Shown here: in pieces, positions 52,632 through 64,000 of the stretch
How the letters are laid out: each line of letters opens with the position of its first letter
Position numbering within the stretch: the stretch's first letter is position 1
NCBI RefSeq assembly: GCF_006345805.1
Contig: NC_043001.1
Location: forward strand, 117,180,001-117,244,000
Length of the DNA stretch: 64,000 nucleotides
From: Octopus sinensis
Lineage: Eukaryota
Reading direction: 5' to 3'
The notes under the pieces: model-generated
What the model saw: only the letters and a program-made list of their open reading frames with translations
Databases searched by the model: none
Told to the model about the DNA's origin: nothing
Position numbers and translations under genes: made by a program

Positions 52632-53516
52632 GCTTTCCATAAATTTTCAGGTTCCCGAATGTAAGCATATTTACATATTACACTGGAAAAATTCTACACA
52701 ATAGGAAAACATGAACGTTTCATAAACATTCAGACATTATATGCTTTTGTATGCCAGCATCTGTGAAAAGCTCACACATTCATACATATTAGCAACAATT
52801 ATAACGATTTAGAATATGGAGACTGGTACATCCTCAAAATTTATTTCCTTTTATTTTACAATTTCATACAAGATATTTTTAATATGTACATATACATATA
52901 CGCGCGTGCGTGTGTATTAGAAACTTTATTCATATCAGCGAGAATAGTATAATGCTGACGCCATAAGAATTTAGAAACTTAGAAGCTCCAAGAGAACATG
53001 GAATGATATTCAAAATAATTCGTGTTTAGAGCGGTAACTCGAAGCAGATAAAACTATAAATAAGAACGTGTAAATATTGGTTTTAAAAGCGTTTGAATAG
53101 AAAAATGAAAGCTTTTTTTTTATTCCATTATTTACACGCTGTTATTTATAGGTTTATCTGCTTCGGGTTACACCGTTCCAAAAAAGAATTATTTCATGCT
53201 CTATCGAGGATTCTAAATTCTCATGACGTAAACAATATATATATAGTAAATAAAAAAACGAAGAACAAACACAAAAAAACAGCAACGCGAGGACGTGGTA
53301 CATGTAAAGTATTAACAGACGTTCAGGGAAAGAAAGGTGGTTTAACGTTTCGAGCAAACGCTCTTCTTCAGAAATAGAAAAAAGTCCAATAGAAAAGAAA
53401 GACGGAGGGGAAAAAAAGTCGCCAACGATTCATATGTGGTTACATTTTGAAATCATTTTGAATATATATTTATTTCCTTTTATTTTACAATTTCATACAG
53501 TATATTTTTAATATGT

Positions 53517-53552
<36 letters not shown>

Positions 53553-53825
53553 GTATGCATGTATATGTACATATTAAAAATATACCATATGAAATTGTAA
53601 AATAAAAGGAATAAATTTTGAGGATTTACCAGTCGCCATATTCTATATCGTTATAATTGTTGCTAATATGTATGAATGCGTGAGCTTTTCACAGATGCTG
53701 GCATGCAAAAGCATGTACCGTCTGAATGTTTCTGAAATTTGTATGTTTTCCTATTGCATAGAATTTTCCCAATGCAATATGTAAATATGCTTACATTCGG
53801 AAACCTGGAAATTTATGGGAAACAA
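52632..53825. repeat. About 270-bp imperfect inverted repeat pair (52632-52900 / 53560-53825)
   Basis: CCGAATGTAAGCATATTTACATATT...GCCAGCATCTGTGAAAAGCTCAC versus its reverse complement; a third partial copy at about 53468-53520. Confidence 0.85.
53341..53375 (-). ncRNA. Compact hammerhead motif with an extra A after the core
   Basis: Minus strand: TTT CTGAAGA A GAGC GTTT GCTC GAAA CG TT AAA. Confidence 0.6.
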
Positions 53826-53990
53826 TTCGCATGCTTGTGAAAGAAAGTGCACTTTGTGTGTGCGAACGTGTGTGTTTGATAGCGTTCATCAAAATTAATT
53901 GTATACATGTTTAATTCCCGATTTTCTTCCCCAAATTTGTAGCACTGTACGTATGTTAATATTTATTTTGTAATATACAAAAAATTTGAC

Positions 53991-54238
53991 AAGCGGTTCC
54001 CAGCCGGAGTCCACATGGTCCTTGGGGGTCCATGTAAGATTTTGTTGTTAAAATTTATCTGCAATAAATTGGTTATACATCTGCAATATACAAAATATTT
54101 TATATAACTTCTAATAATATTTTATTCTAGAAATATAATAGGGTTTTGATTTGTAAAACATCGAATGGCTATGAGAGTCCATCGGAGTAAAATGGGACTG
54201 AGTAAAATAAGATTGAGTAAAATGGTTGAGAAACGCTG
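53991..54238. mobile_element. hAT/Charlie-type MITE
   Basis: AGCGGTTCCCA...GGTTGAGAAACGCTG termini; related copy at 54418. Confidence 0.65.
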
Positions 54239-54417
54239 ATTTAGACTCCGAACTTAAAACAACTGTTTAAACCAACGTCTCATAAACAAAAAATGGGATA
54301 GTGGCGTGTGATTTGAGGATATTTAGTGGTAATATCTAACAGGTCGAGAGACCACGTCGTGATAAGATAAATCGAAAAATATATCTTTATGACATTCAGT
54401 ATAACTTCACTCTAGAA

Positions 54418-54652
54418 CAGTGATTCTCAATCGAGGCCCATACGACCCTTGGGGTGGGGCCCATATAAGATTTTGTTATTAAAATTTATGTGCAATAATC
54501 TGGTTAAATTTTCTACAATACACAATATATTTTAATTTTTTTAAATTAAATTCCTAATAATATTTAATTATAAATATTGAACAGCTATGGGTTCCAACCG
54601 TATGAATAAGAATCAAATGGGGTCTATTGGCAAAAAATGTTGAGTATCACTA
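54418..54652. mobile_element. hAT/Charlie-type MITE
   Basis: CAGTGATTCTCAA...TTGAGTATCACT termini; CTCTAGAA left flank fits the NTCTAGAN target preference. Confidence 0.65.
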
Positions 54653-55088
54653 ATTATGGCTTATTTATTGTAACGATCATCACCCTGTCTACCTTGTCGG
54701 CCTTGACCTGTTCTTCTTTTGCTTGACATTTTTGAAAATAGACAGCTTATGTAAATGAATTCAAGTGTAAATTCTCAAGTATGTATGTCTACACACACCC
54801 AAATATTCTATTTTGGAACAGTAGATCTCGAAGGACACAAAGATATAAATAACAGCAGGCAAATGTTTGATTGAAAAACTCTTCTGGATAGGAAAGGTTG
54901 AAGGCTGCTCATGGGGTGCGGGACGAACAGACTTAAAAAAACAACAACAACAAAACTCATGTAGTAGAGTTTACTTGTTCGTTCGAAACTGATGATTCAC
55001 TCCATCGCTACAGTGGTGCGAGTTTCTCGCCCTGTGCGAGTCTTCAGGCAATGAAAAAAGATGAATGGGAGCGTTGAGCTGTTTTCTT

Positions 55089-55124
<36 letters not shown>

Positions 55125-55419
55125 ATATACATACACGAGTAAGTAGACAAACGAAAGAAGGGCACTCAACACATGTATAGATCAAAACAAAATGCCCATG
55201 TACGCGATTTAGTGTTCACCATGCGGTATTTTCCATCTAACTGCTGTCTCTGAAATACCGACATCAATACTGCATGACCTTTCTCGACCGATCCCAGACT
55301 AACGTCCAGTAATAAACATTGACTCTCTTCAATCGAACTCTCATTCAGACCCCAATGGTCGAAGACTAGCCTCGCGTTTGAAACTCAGAGTAGCAAAGAT
55401 TCTGAATCAAACTATTTTG

Positions 55420-55512
<93 letters not shown>

Positions 55513-55544
55513 ATCTATCTATCTATATCTATCTATCTATATAT

Positions 55545-55576
<32 letters not shown>

Positions 55577-55908
55577 AACTGTGAATACTTTCTTCAAGAT
55601 AAATATACATGCATGTTTTTGTGCATCAATCTATTTATCAATTTATAATGTACATAATATATTTGATTGTGTATACATTAGTATATATGAGAAATAAATA
55701 AAACAAATTTTAACTGATACATTTTCTTTTTATATGAAATATACATTTTTTAAATGTGCGTTTATAAGTATAAAAGTCGTCAATACCTGAATGTTCATAA
55801 GTTACTGAGGATATAATATTGATCAAAATTGATATAGCAACGTAGTTCCCAATATCGTTGCAGCGTTTATTCAGTTGACCTTCATTATTATTATTATTAT
55901 TATTATTA

Positions 55909-55946
<38 letters not shown>

Positions 55947-56347
55947 CCAATATTATATCATCTTCTTCACTAATGATCGTGTTCTTTTATTACAAATACT
56001 GTTTGAAATAAAGTCATTAAAAATAAACAGTACACGATATTATAAATAGAAAACAATATGGCTGTAGAATATCAATAAAATGTACATTTCCTGAGTTTAT
56101 AGTGATTGGTTAATTGCTTTAACATTATTAGGATTATTAAGTTAAGTGATGATGTATTGAATGTCGTACGCAAAAAATTCTCCACTGATTTCTCTTTTTG
56201 TTGGAGAAAGTAAACAGAAATCTAGTGGCGAATATTAGCGACCCTCAAGGTAAACGGGAGTTAATTTCAAGAAATTAAGATTTAATTTCTTAAAGTTATT
56301 TTGAATGATTAGAAGAAAAGTCTGATTTCTGTTTACTGGCAAGGGAC

Positions 56348-56391
56348 GACTATGGAGATGTTTCGGTCTATTAGGCCTCATCAGCATAGTC
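56348..56391 (-). ncRNA. Minimal type-I hammerhead motif downstream of the noggin-like CDS
   Basis: Minus strand: GACTATG CTGATGA GGCC TAATA GACC GAAA CATC TC CATAGTC. 7-bp stem I, one mismatch in stem II, stem III palindrome broken (CATG to CATC). Confidence 0.7.
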
Positions 56392-57273
56392 TTGTCTACT
56401 GATCAGCTGATATTGTTTTTTCTGGTCAGTATAATCTGTATATGCTGAATTAAGGATTTCTCTCAAAGAGTCGATTGGTTAGGTTTGAAGGGATATATGT
56501 AGATTGGGAAAAAGGGAAGCATTGGTCGGGTTTAAAGATACCATGGAAGACAGTGAGTAGCTTGATTGGTCAAGATCATAAAGTAACTAGGACGAAAGCG
56601 AGAAAAGTATTGGTTGGTAAATAGAGCGATAGATTGCTCAAGTTTATACAGACTTAGAGATATTGAAAGAGGTGTAATGATTTGTTAGGTTCACAGATAC
56701 AGATCGGTTAGGTTTGCAGATACAGATTGGGAAACGGGGCATTGATTGATCAAATTTTTAAAGATGTAGGAAGAGTGAAAGAGAAGCAATGTTTGGTTAG
56801 GATCAAAGAGATAATGGTGGATTGGAAGTTGTATATTTAGTTGGTCATTTTTAACATCAGTGATGGAAATGATGCACTATCATATAGACAGCTGAAACTA
56901 GATCGTAGATTTAATAAGAGAACTTGCTGCTCTAGCACGTCATTTCCCACAAATAATAATTTATTTGTGAACCGAAAAGCCACATATTTATAGAGGAAAA
57001 GGAAATGTTGTGCTATGACGTTCATGTTTTTCTCAAGGTTATAACGGCATATGTGAAGTGAAAGAGTTTCAAAATCAGTTTGCAGAGATGACTCACCTCA
57101 GGCGATCGAATAATATTTCGAATGGTGATAATAAAAAACAATAAATTAAGCGAAGGGAAATATTCAAAGGATTTAGGCAGAAAAAGCAAAATATTTCTGC
57201 CAGTCAGGAGGCTGTAGTCCAGTTATCAATTTATAAAGTATACTAAGCATCATCGCTTTTATAAGCCGTGTCA

Positions 57274-58026
57274 TCAGCACGTACAGAAGCATTCATCAAT
57301 AATTGGATAGGGAATTTTTTCCCAGCGACACCGTCGTCGAAGACTTTTCCGTCGATTAATTCCGTTCCTTACCGAACCCAACTTAAGACTTGTGCTCTTA
57401 GATCTATTCGACGCCTTACCACCTGGTCTTTCTTTACAGTTCCATCTTAGCAGATGGATAATTTTACTTTTTGCAGACACGCAACGCATGCCAGGCGGCC
57501 ACGAACACTGTCCGTTGTCGGTGCAACTTCCTTGCCGTATCCATGGCGGCCAAAAAAATTCTCCAACGTTAACCCAGGAATACTGAACTGGACATGAAGA
57601 TTTTTTTACAAGCCACGTTTTAATAGCAGCGATAATTTGTGTATCAGGAACCATTGCGGTGTTGTTATCATAGGTTAAATTAATCTTTAGGTCTTTCACT
57701 GCATCTTGCATCATGCTGTCAATTGGATAGTCGACGTATCTCAAAGATCCATTTTTGTTCTTTGGTTTATTAATAGACATCACTTTGGGATTGAAATCCT
57801 TTCCCAAAATTTGCAAAAGTTTTTTCTTTCTTCGTCTCTTTGGTTTTGTTGTTAGTATTCCGTGAGAGTCGCGCCTGAATTGGGAAATAGGATTATGTTT
57901 AAAGATCCTTTCAATCCCATAATCCGAAATGGCAACTGACTTGGGATAGAAACTTGTTGCAAAAAGTTCATTTAGCATGAAGGTGTTGAAAATGTACCAA
58001 AACATGGCTAGGCTTCCACTTTTCAT
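57274..58026 (-). CDS. nog: Noggin-family secreted cystine-knot protein (noggin-like), 250 aa
   Basis: Intact ORF from ATG 58026 (the ORF track starts at GTG 58032). LLQILGKDFNPKVMS, WLVKKSSCPVQYSW, FWPPWIRQGSC...CSWPPGMRC, LLRWNC, KIPYPIIDECFCTC* match the noggin pattern with all 9 Cys; hydrophobic N-terminus. Confidence 0.93.
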   Translation of the reverse strand: MKSGSLAMFWYIFNTFMLNELFATSFYPKSVAISDYGIERIFKHNPISQFRRDSHGILTTKPKRRRKKKLLQILGKDFNPKVMSINKPKNKNGSLRYVDYPIDSMMQDAVKDLKINLTYDNNTAMVPDTQIIAAIKTWLVKKSSCPVQYSWVNVGEFFWPPWIRQGSCTDNGQCSWPPGMRCVSAKSKIIHLLRWNCKERPGGKASNRSKSTSLKLGSVRNGINRRKSLRRRCRWEKIPYPIIDECFCTC

Positions 58027-58048
58027 CTTCACAGCAATTTATTGAAAC

Positions 58049-58072
58049 CTGCCAAAGAGAAAGAAAAGAAAT
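58049..58072 (-). promoter_or_regulatory. Candidate 3' splice acceptor 22 nt upstream of the noggin-like ATG
   Basis: Minus strand TTTCTTTTCTTTCTCTTTGGCAG|GTTTC: long polypyrimidine tract followed by CAG. Confidence 0.6.
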
Positions 58073-58567
58073 CATGAACACTAGAATATTTTATGAAATA
58101 AAAAAAAAACGGTGTTCTAGTTAGGGCTAAAACTCTAAAGTTATAGGAAGACAAAACTTTAATTTGTAGTTGTAAGAATGAATGAGGTGACGTATTATCA
58201 AATGCGATGTATCCTAGTCGCGATCATCCCAGCTGTTCGCCCAGTTTTCAGCAGGCTGGATTTCATTATCCAAAATGTTCATTTTAAGACCGTAAAGTAT
58301 AATCTGATGGATATCTGGTTGCTTGTTCTAGTAGATCGATCATCGATCACTTATAGGCACAGTGAAATGATGGCGTTCGAAAGGTATCTAACGAAGGTTA
58401 AATACTTCGTTTAGCTTGCGAAACGTACACATATAAAAACGCACACATGAAATTAACATATATATCTGCATATATACAAACATACATACAAATACACACA
58501 TATAGACACGCATACAAATATACACAAGAATATGTACGCAAATACATGCCCACATATATAAATGTAT

Positions 58568-58602
<35 letters not shown>

Positions 58603-58819
58603 CTCATAGACACGGACATATATACACGTACACACTCATACATACATATACAAACCTACAATACATACACATAAATATATAGAGACATATCTTCACATCA
58701 AGATAAATATTAGATCGTATTTTAAGCAAACTAAATAGTAAATTAAATTTACGGATTTGGAAAATAGCAAGTCAGTGATAGATTGGTTCAAATGGATTAG
58801 CCATAAAAATGACTGAACA

Positions 58820-59480
58820 TTTACGCAGTCTGATATTGTCGGTTTTTACCCGTCAATATCTAAGCTTTTGCTTCCCAAAGCATTGAACAACGCCAAGCAG
58901 TATGTCACCATCGATAGCTCGGAAATAGATATTATCTTGCATGCAAGGAATTCCCTTCTTTTTTACGATGATTCCACCTGGGTCAAAAAGAGTGAGGATT
59001 CTCTTTTCGATGTACCGATGGGGGCATATGATGAGGAAAAGTTGTGTATGCTTATAGGAACTTATATTTTGCATAATATGTATATGGAATTCCCTTTTAT
59101 AGGTGCAGGATTATACATGGATGACGGTCTTATAGTCACCCATAAACTTAGGAAGAATCTGATTAATTTCTTCCAAAGAATGGGCTTACGGATTACGATA
59201 GAAAGTAACCTTAATAACGTAGATTTTTTTATATACCAATTTAGATTTGCAATTAGATAAATTTAAACCCTACCGTAAGCCCAATGAAAAGCTACGATAT
59301 ATTAGCAAAGAATCTAATGACCCATCCGTAATTCTTAAGGATCTAGTTAGTAATGTAGGAAGGTAAATATCATCAATTTCTTCAGATGAGACAGCATTTC
59401 AAAATGCCGCGCCGTATAATGCATTAAGGAAAAGTAGATTCTCCAATATCCAGTATAGCCAAGCTAATTCTGACAATAAT
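58820..59480 (+). mobile_element. Third PLE RT remnant
   Basis: DIVGFYPSI, EIDIILHARNSLLF, FDVPMGAYD, GLYMDD, FKPYRKPN, YISKESN; homologous to the 33655-34194 ORF. Confidence 0.85.
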
Positions 59481-59705
59481 AGGCCTCCTAATTCCTCAGA
59501 TCTCAGTCCATTGGACTATTACATGTGGAGCGTTGTTGAGAGAGAGAGAGAGGTCAATGAACACCCCTAAACACCAAAGATTCTTTGAAAGCTGCCATTG
59601 TCAGCGAATGTCTAAAATGAACCAGTACCACTTGATTCGAGTATGTAAATGATTTAGATCTCGTATAGAAGCAGTTGTTGAAGCTGAAGGTGGCTTTATT
59701 TAATA
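59481..59705 (+). mobile_element. Tc1/mariner transposase C-terminal fragment
   Basis: PPNSSDLSPLDYYMWSVVER...RSRIEAVVEAEGGFI. Confidence 0.8.
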
Positions 59706-59956
59706 ACATTTTAGAAAAGAACGTTTATTTTTATCTTCATAGCATTTTTTTATAAATAAAGTTATTATCTGTTATATCTGTTTTTTTGTTTTTAATTCTC
59801 TCATGTTATTACCTGGGTAAGTACAGTCTTTTGTAAGGTTGTACGGTAGCAGGTGGTTCGGTTGGTAAACCGTAGTTTAGGTTATATAGGAGAAGAAAAT
59901 GGGTGTATACTTTTAATTGTATACCTTTAATTTAATTGATAACAAAGAAGGAAGAA

Positions 59957-60007
59957 GCATTTACGATCGTTTCGATTTACTGGTTTAAGTAAATCTGTTC
60001 AGAATGC
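59957..60007 (-). ncRNA. Hammerhead motif with G8C core change
   Basis: GCATT CTGAACA GATTTACT TAAACC AGTAAATC GAAA CGATCG TA AATGC: all stems perfect. Confidence 0.7.
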
Positions 60008-60346
60008 GAATATAGGTTGATGCATCCTGGTAATATAAACAAAGGTAGTAAGTCTTTGTAGTAGACTGGTTAGTTTCGTTGGGTAATTAGGGCGAGGTGA
60101 GTATTATTTAGGTGTGAGGTTCCTAGTTAATGTGTTTAATCAAACTAAGTATCCCACACCAAAATAATACTCACCCCGCCCTAAATAACCAACGAAACTA
60201 ACCAGTCTACCACAATCAAACCTCTACCCAGCGAATTTACCAGCGCAAGAACAAAATTTAATGTAAGACTTACTACCTTTGTTTATATTACCACCACATA
60301 TGTATCAATTATTTTCGCATCCTAACCGAGGCATCGATCAATATTC

Positions 60347-60397
60347 GCATTCTGAAAAGATTTACTTAAACCAGTAAATTGAAACGATCGCAAATGC
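60347..60397 (+). ncRNA. Hammerhead motif with G8A and U16.1C changes
   Basis: GCATT CTGAAAA GATTTACT TAAACC AGTAAATT GAAA CGATCG CA AATGC. Confidence 0.6.
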
Positions 60398-60499
60398 TAC
60401 CTTCATCTCTGCTTCCTCCTTCGTTGTTATCTAATTAAATTAAAGGCATACCAGCGAAAACCACGAGTTTCCCCTTGTTATGGCATCCATTTTCTTCTC

Positions 60500-60533
<34 letters not shown>

Positions 60534-60619
60534 TGACAGATTCACTCACACAGTCAAAAAATGAGCCAGATTAAGTTTAAAACAATTTTTGTAGTAAATA
60601 TTTTCTTTTCTACTCTAAG

Positions 60620-60745
60620 TACGAGGCCCAAAATTTTGTGGGAGGGGGCCAGACGATTAGATCGACCCCAGTACGCAACTCGTACTTAATTTATCGACCC
60701 CGAAAGGATAAAAACAAAGTTGGCCTCGGCGGAATTTGAACTCAG
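60620..60745 (-). mobile_element. SINE family B, partial
   Basis: GATTAGATCGACCCCAGTACGC...GGCGGAATTTGAACTCAGA. Confidence 0.75.
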
Positions 60746-60749
60746 ATTT

Positions 60750-62690
60750 ATAAGGTGTTGCTCGGCTATAGAATACGTGGTGATCCATTTATCTCCTTTT
60801 TGCCAAACGACTACCTCCATGTTAGAACTAGATTTTGTAGTTTCTGCTATATGTTGGTTTTGCATATATTTTTGTCACTGGAGACAAGTGGTGCTTAAAC
60901 CGTAATAATATATCTGATGCGATGAGGGAAACGTATGAAATGCAAACACTTTCTCTCTTGGTACAACTACTTAAAATTGTAGCTACGTTTACATGGACAT
61001 AAAAAGTTTGATATCTAGTCTTGTAAGGTTGGAGAATATTAACGTATAGAAATTCTATTGCAACATAATGGAAACAGTTTGTAAAGAGAGACACCAGTGG
61101 ATTATTTTACTCTTTTACTTGTTTCAGTCATTTGACTGCGGCCATGCTGGAGCACCACCTTTTAGTCGAGCAAATCGACCCCAGGACTTATTCTTTGTAA
61201 GCCTAGTACTTATTCGATCGGTCTCTTATTTATGCCGAACCGCTAAGTTACGGGGACGTAAACACACCAGCATCGGTTGTCAAGCGATGTTGGCGGGGAG
61301 ACAAACACAGACACAGAAACATATAGACACACATACATATATACGACGAGCTTCTTTCAGTTTCCGCCTACCAAATCCACTCACAAAGCTTTGGTCGGCC
61401 CGAGGCTATAGTAGAAGACACTTGCCCAAGGTGCCACGCTGTGGGACTGAACCCGGAACCAAGTGGTTGGTAAGCAAGCTACCACACAGCCACTCTTTGA
61501 AAAGATTTAAAGTCTTCTTGGTAGTTGATAGCATCATTAACAACTACAGCATGGACTGACTTGTACTGTCTGGGTTGGGCTGTATCTGTTGAATATCCTG
61601 AATAGCTTGCACACAAGGAACCAGAAAAATAGTCACTCATAGTTTCTATAATTGTTCGAGGAGCTTGGATTAGCTTCTTGGGTAACTTGATATTTTTCAA
61701 AATGTTTTGGCATTGTAACATCTCCAATATCAGAGCGAACTGGTAACAGAAATTAGCCAGTTCGATTAAAACTCATACAAACTGGGTTGTTGGTGAATCC
61801 TCATTAATTACAACTCTCATGATGTTAGTAAGTTGAAGATTTTCTTATCAATTCTAAATGTAGGGCTTTAGGGACCATGCTCTAAACTCACCAAAACGTG
61901 TACCTTTTGGAATGACAGGAAGAATTAGCCTGAAATCACCAGAACAAAACTGTGACACCACTGATGACGTTAATCTTATCTCGGAGATTTTGTAATGTGC
62001 CGTTGAGAGCTTCTACCCAGACAGTTTGCCAATATTGCACATATGACTCTTATTGTGTGTAATGTCGTGTGACAGGTAAAAACTAAAATGAGCAGTCCTG
62101 CCACCTGGACAAAATCGCAACAATTCCAGATTGTTCTTGAATGAGCTAATTTTCTGAACAAACTTTTGTCAAATATTGGACAAGAATGTTTTGCCTGCTC
62201 CACAAGAAACTTCAAGGAATTCTATTCCTCTCGACTCACTTTTTTTTATCCTTGTTTAAGTATATTTTTAGAATCTGAAATCAAAAGTGGTTCAAATTGG
62301 CGAACATACTGAACTAGTTTTTCAATACCAAATCTATTTATCTGAAGAATCTCTCGATTGAGAACAGTGTCAACTACCAGTTCCAGTACGAACATTGCCA
62401 GTAGTGACAATATTGCATTTTTGATGAGGATTAGTGCTTGATTGTACATGGCAGAAGGAAACTTTGGATGTGGGCTTTGGAATCTCGTTGTTCTTGATAC
62501 ACTGACTTTTGTCACGCTATTCTGGAGATTATGTCAAAAATGCTGAGGATTGGAGGGCGAAGAAGCACAGAAACTGACAGAAAATGGCGTCCACGTCTTT
62601 CTTGGAGAATGTGGAGCCTTTCTCATGGCAGTATATGAATCTGCATCATCTTTCAACATGCAACTTCTCTGAATAGTCTTGCATTACGTT
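60750..62690 (-). mobile_element. Decayed Helitron RepHel (PIF1-like helicase) remnant, split by a SINE
   Basis: Minus-strand motifs in the expected order: LKDDA...PSNP, MYNQALILI, LNREIL...EPLL, SGDFRLILPVIPKGTR, IGD, YKSVHAV...AINY, PIML, ATILSS...ESVCISYVSLIASD..RFK. Confidence 0.8.
61108..61496 (-). mobile_element. SINE family A nested in the Helitron remnant
   Basis: Full-length match; helicase homology resumes on both sides. Confidence 0.85.
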
Positions 62691-63504
62691 GGCTCGAAAA
62701 ACATATACTTTATATATTTTTTATATAAATACAGACAGACAAACACACACATACATCTATATGTGCGTGTGTGTGTGTTATATACCACACACATATATAT
62801 ATATATATATCCATATATAAACAAAAAGAATAATAACATGACCTAGATTTCAGCAGCAAATTCCTCCCTTGACCAGTAGGGTCAAAAAGTCAGTTTTTGA
62901 GCTATTTCTAGAACAGCATCCAACACGTAGTTAAACAAAGGAACTAAAGTATTAACATTCAGTTGGAGTAATTCTCCATTCGAGAGAAGAGGGAAAAATA
63001 GCAGTAAAATATTCCCAGAAGAGGCTATTGTTTATAAGATCATAACGCACTTTAAAGTGTAAGTATGAAGACAAACAAATGGCCGAAATGTAATGTAGGC
63101 AAAAAAGAAGTTATCAATTTGACTGCACTATGATTTTTAAAATGTGACTATTCTATGTATATTGTCCGTTTTCTTTAAACTATTAATTATTTCTCCTATA
63201 TCGAAAAGAATGAAGTCTCCATAGGGACAACTGGACTTTCGGAAGTGAAAAGTACTAAACATGGTCGAACTAACTGACCACAAACATTACCACATAAACA
63301 CACAAATTATATCCAGAATCACCATTTGATAATAGCGCCCGCTTGGATAACATATCCCCACAAAAAATTTCTTTACGAAGAAAAGGTTTTTTGAATACAA
63401 ACCTATACACACACACACACACACACACACAGATATATATATATATATATTTATATATTGTATGTGTATATATATATGTGTTTATATGTATATGAAATAA
63501 AAAA

Positions 63505-63745
63505 TAAATGCGCCCTTTTTAAGCATAGCCAGGCTCATGGGCCCGGTTTCAATGGCTTATGTGTTCCCCAGCTGAACAGGACGCCAGTCCGTCGCAGCGT
63601 TACTCATTTTTGCCAGCTGAGTGGACTGGAGCAAAGTGAAATGAATTGCTTTGCTCAAGAACACAACGCGTCGCCCGGTCCAGGAATCGAAACAACAATC
63701 TTACGATCATGATGCTGAAACTCTAACCACTAAGCCACGCGCCTC
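63505..63745 (-). mobile_element. SINE family C
   Basis: Reverse complement of the 21398-21645 type. Confidence 0.8.
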
Positions 63746-63870
63746 CACACACACACGCACACACACATATATATATATATAGTTGAAATTTACAGAAGAA
63801 CAAAAGACGAAGACAGGTGTATAAACAACAAGCAGGTGTATTAGTTTGATGCTCGAGAAGGTGAGAAAGT

Positions 63871-63907
63871 CTTTTACGTTTCAAACCTACGTTCTTCAAC
63901 AGGAAAG
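63871..63907 (-). ncRNA. Degenerate compact hammerhead motif (GAGC/GCTC family)
   Basis: CTTTC CTGTTGA A GAAC GTAG GTTT GAAA CG TA AAAG; core mutated. Confidence 0.35.
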
Positions 63908-64000
63908 AACCCGAGGAAATAAACAGAGAACGAATAAAAGAACTTGTGGAGTTAGCGGTCAGTCATGCGACTGGATGGTCAAAGGTGGTTAGACAGGAGA

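Larger units (their letters stand above)
59883..60503. repeat. About 620-bp imperfect fold-back carrying a hammerhead in each arm
   Basis: GCATTTACGATCGTTTCGATTTACTGGTTTAAGTAAATC versus GATTTACTTAAACCAGTAAATTGAAACGATCGCAAATGC, with further matching blocks inward and outward. Confidence 0.85.

Noticed and set aside
54995-55050. Minus-strand CTGAAGA CTCGC ACAGG GCGAG AAAC hammerhead-like motif
   Set aside because: GAAA overlaps stem II, and stems I and III do not pair; too decayed to count.

Overview
AT-rich, microsatellite-dense eukaryotic DNA. Its tRNA-derived SINEs and (TA)n/(CA)n/(TATG)n/(TCTA)n load look like an octopus (coleoid cephalopod) genome; this is inferred from pattern recognition, not a database search. 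There is one intact protein-coding gene: a noggin-family CDS contained in one exon (58026-57274, minus strand) with a long basic insertion between Cys5 and Cys6. The rest is a transposon graveyard: three Penelope-like retroelement (PLE) RT remnants (one near-complete with GIY-YIG endonuclease), CR1/L2 and RTE LINE fragments, Tc1/mariner remnants, hAT MITEs, a decayed RepHel Helitron, a non-autonomous Helitron and more than 25 SINE copies. The main unexplained signal is a dense set of about 16 minimal type-I hammerhead ribozyme motifs (CUGA[A/U]GA...GAAA, short palindromic stem III) from many different sequence families. Several are fully intact, and two sit as mirror-image pairs inside fold-back structures. 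Almost all ORF-track entries are microsatellite artefacts. Coordinates were counted by hand; repeat boundaries are approximate.
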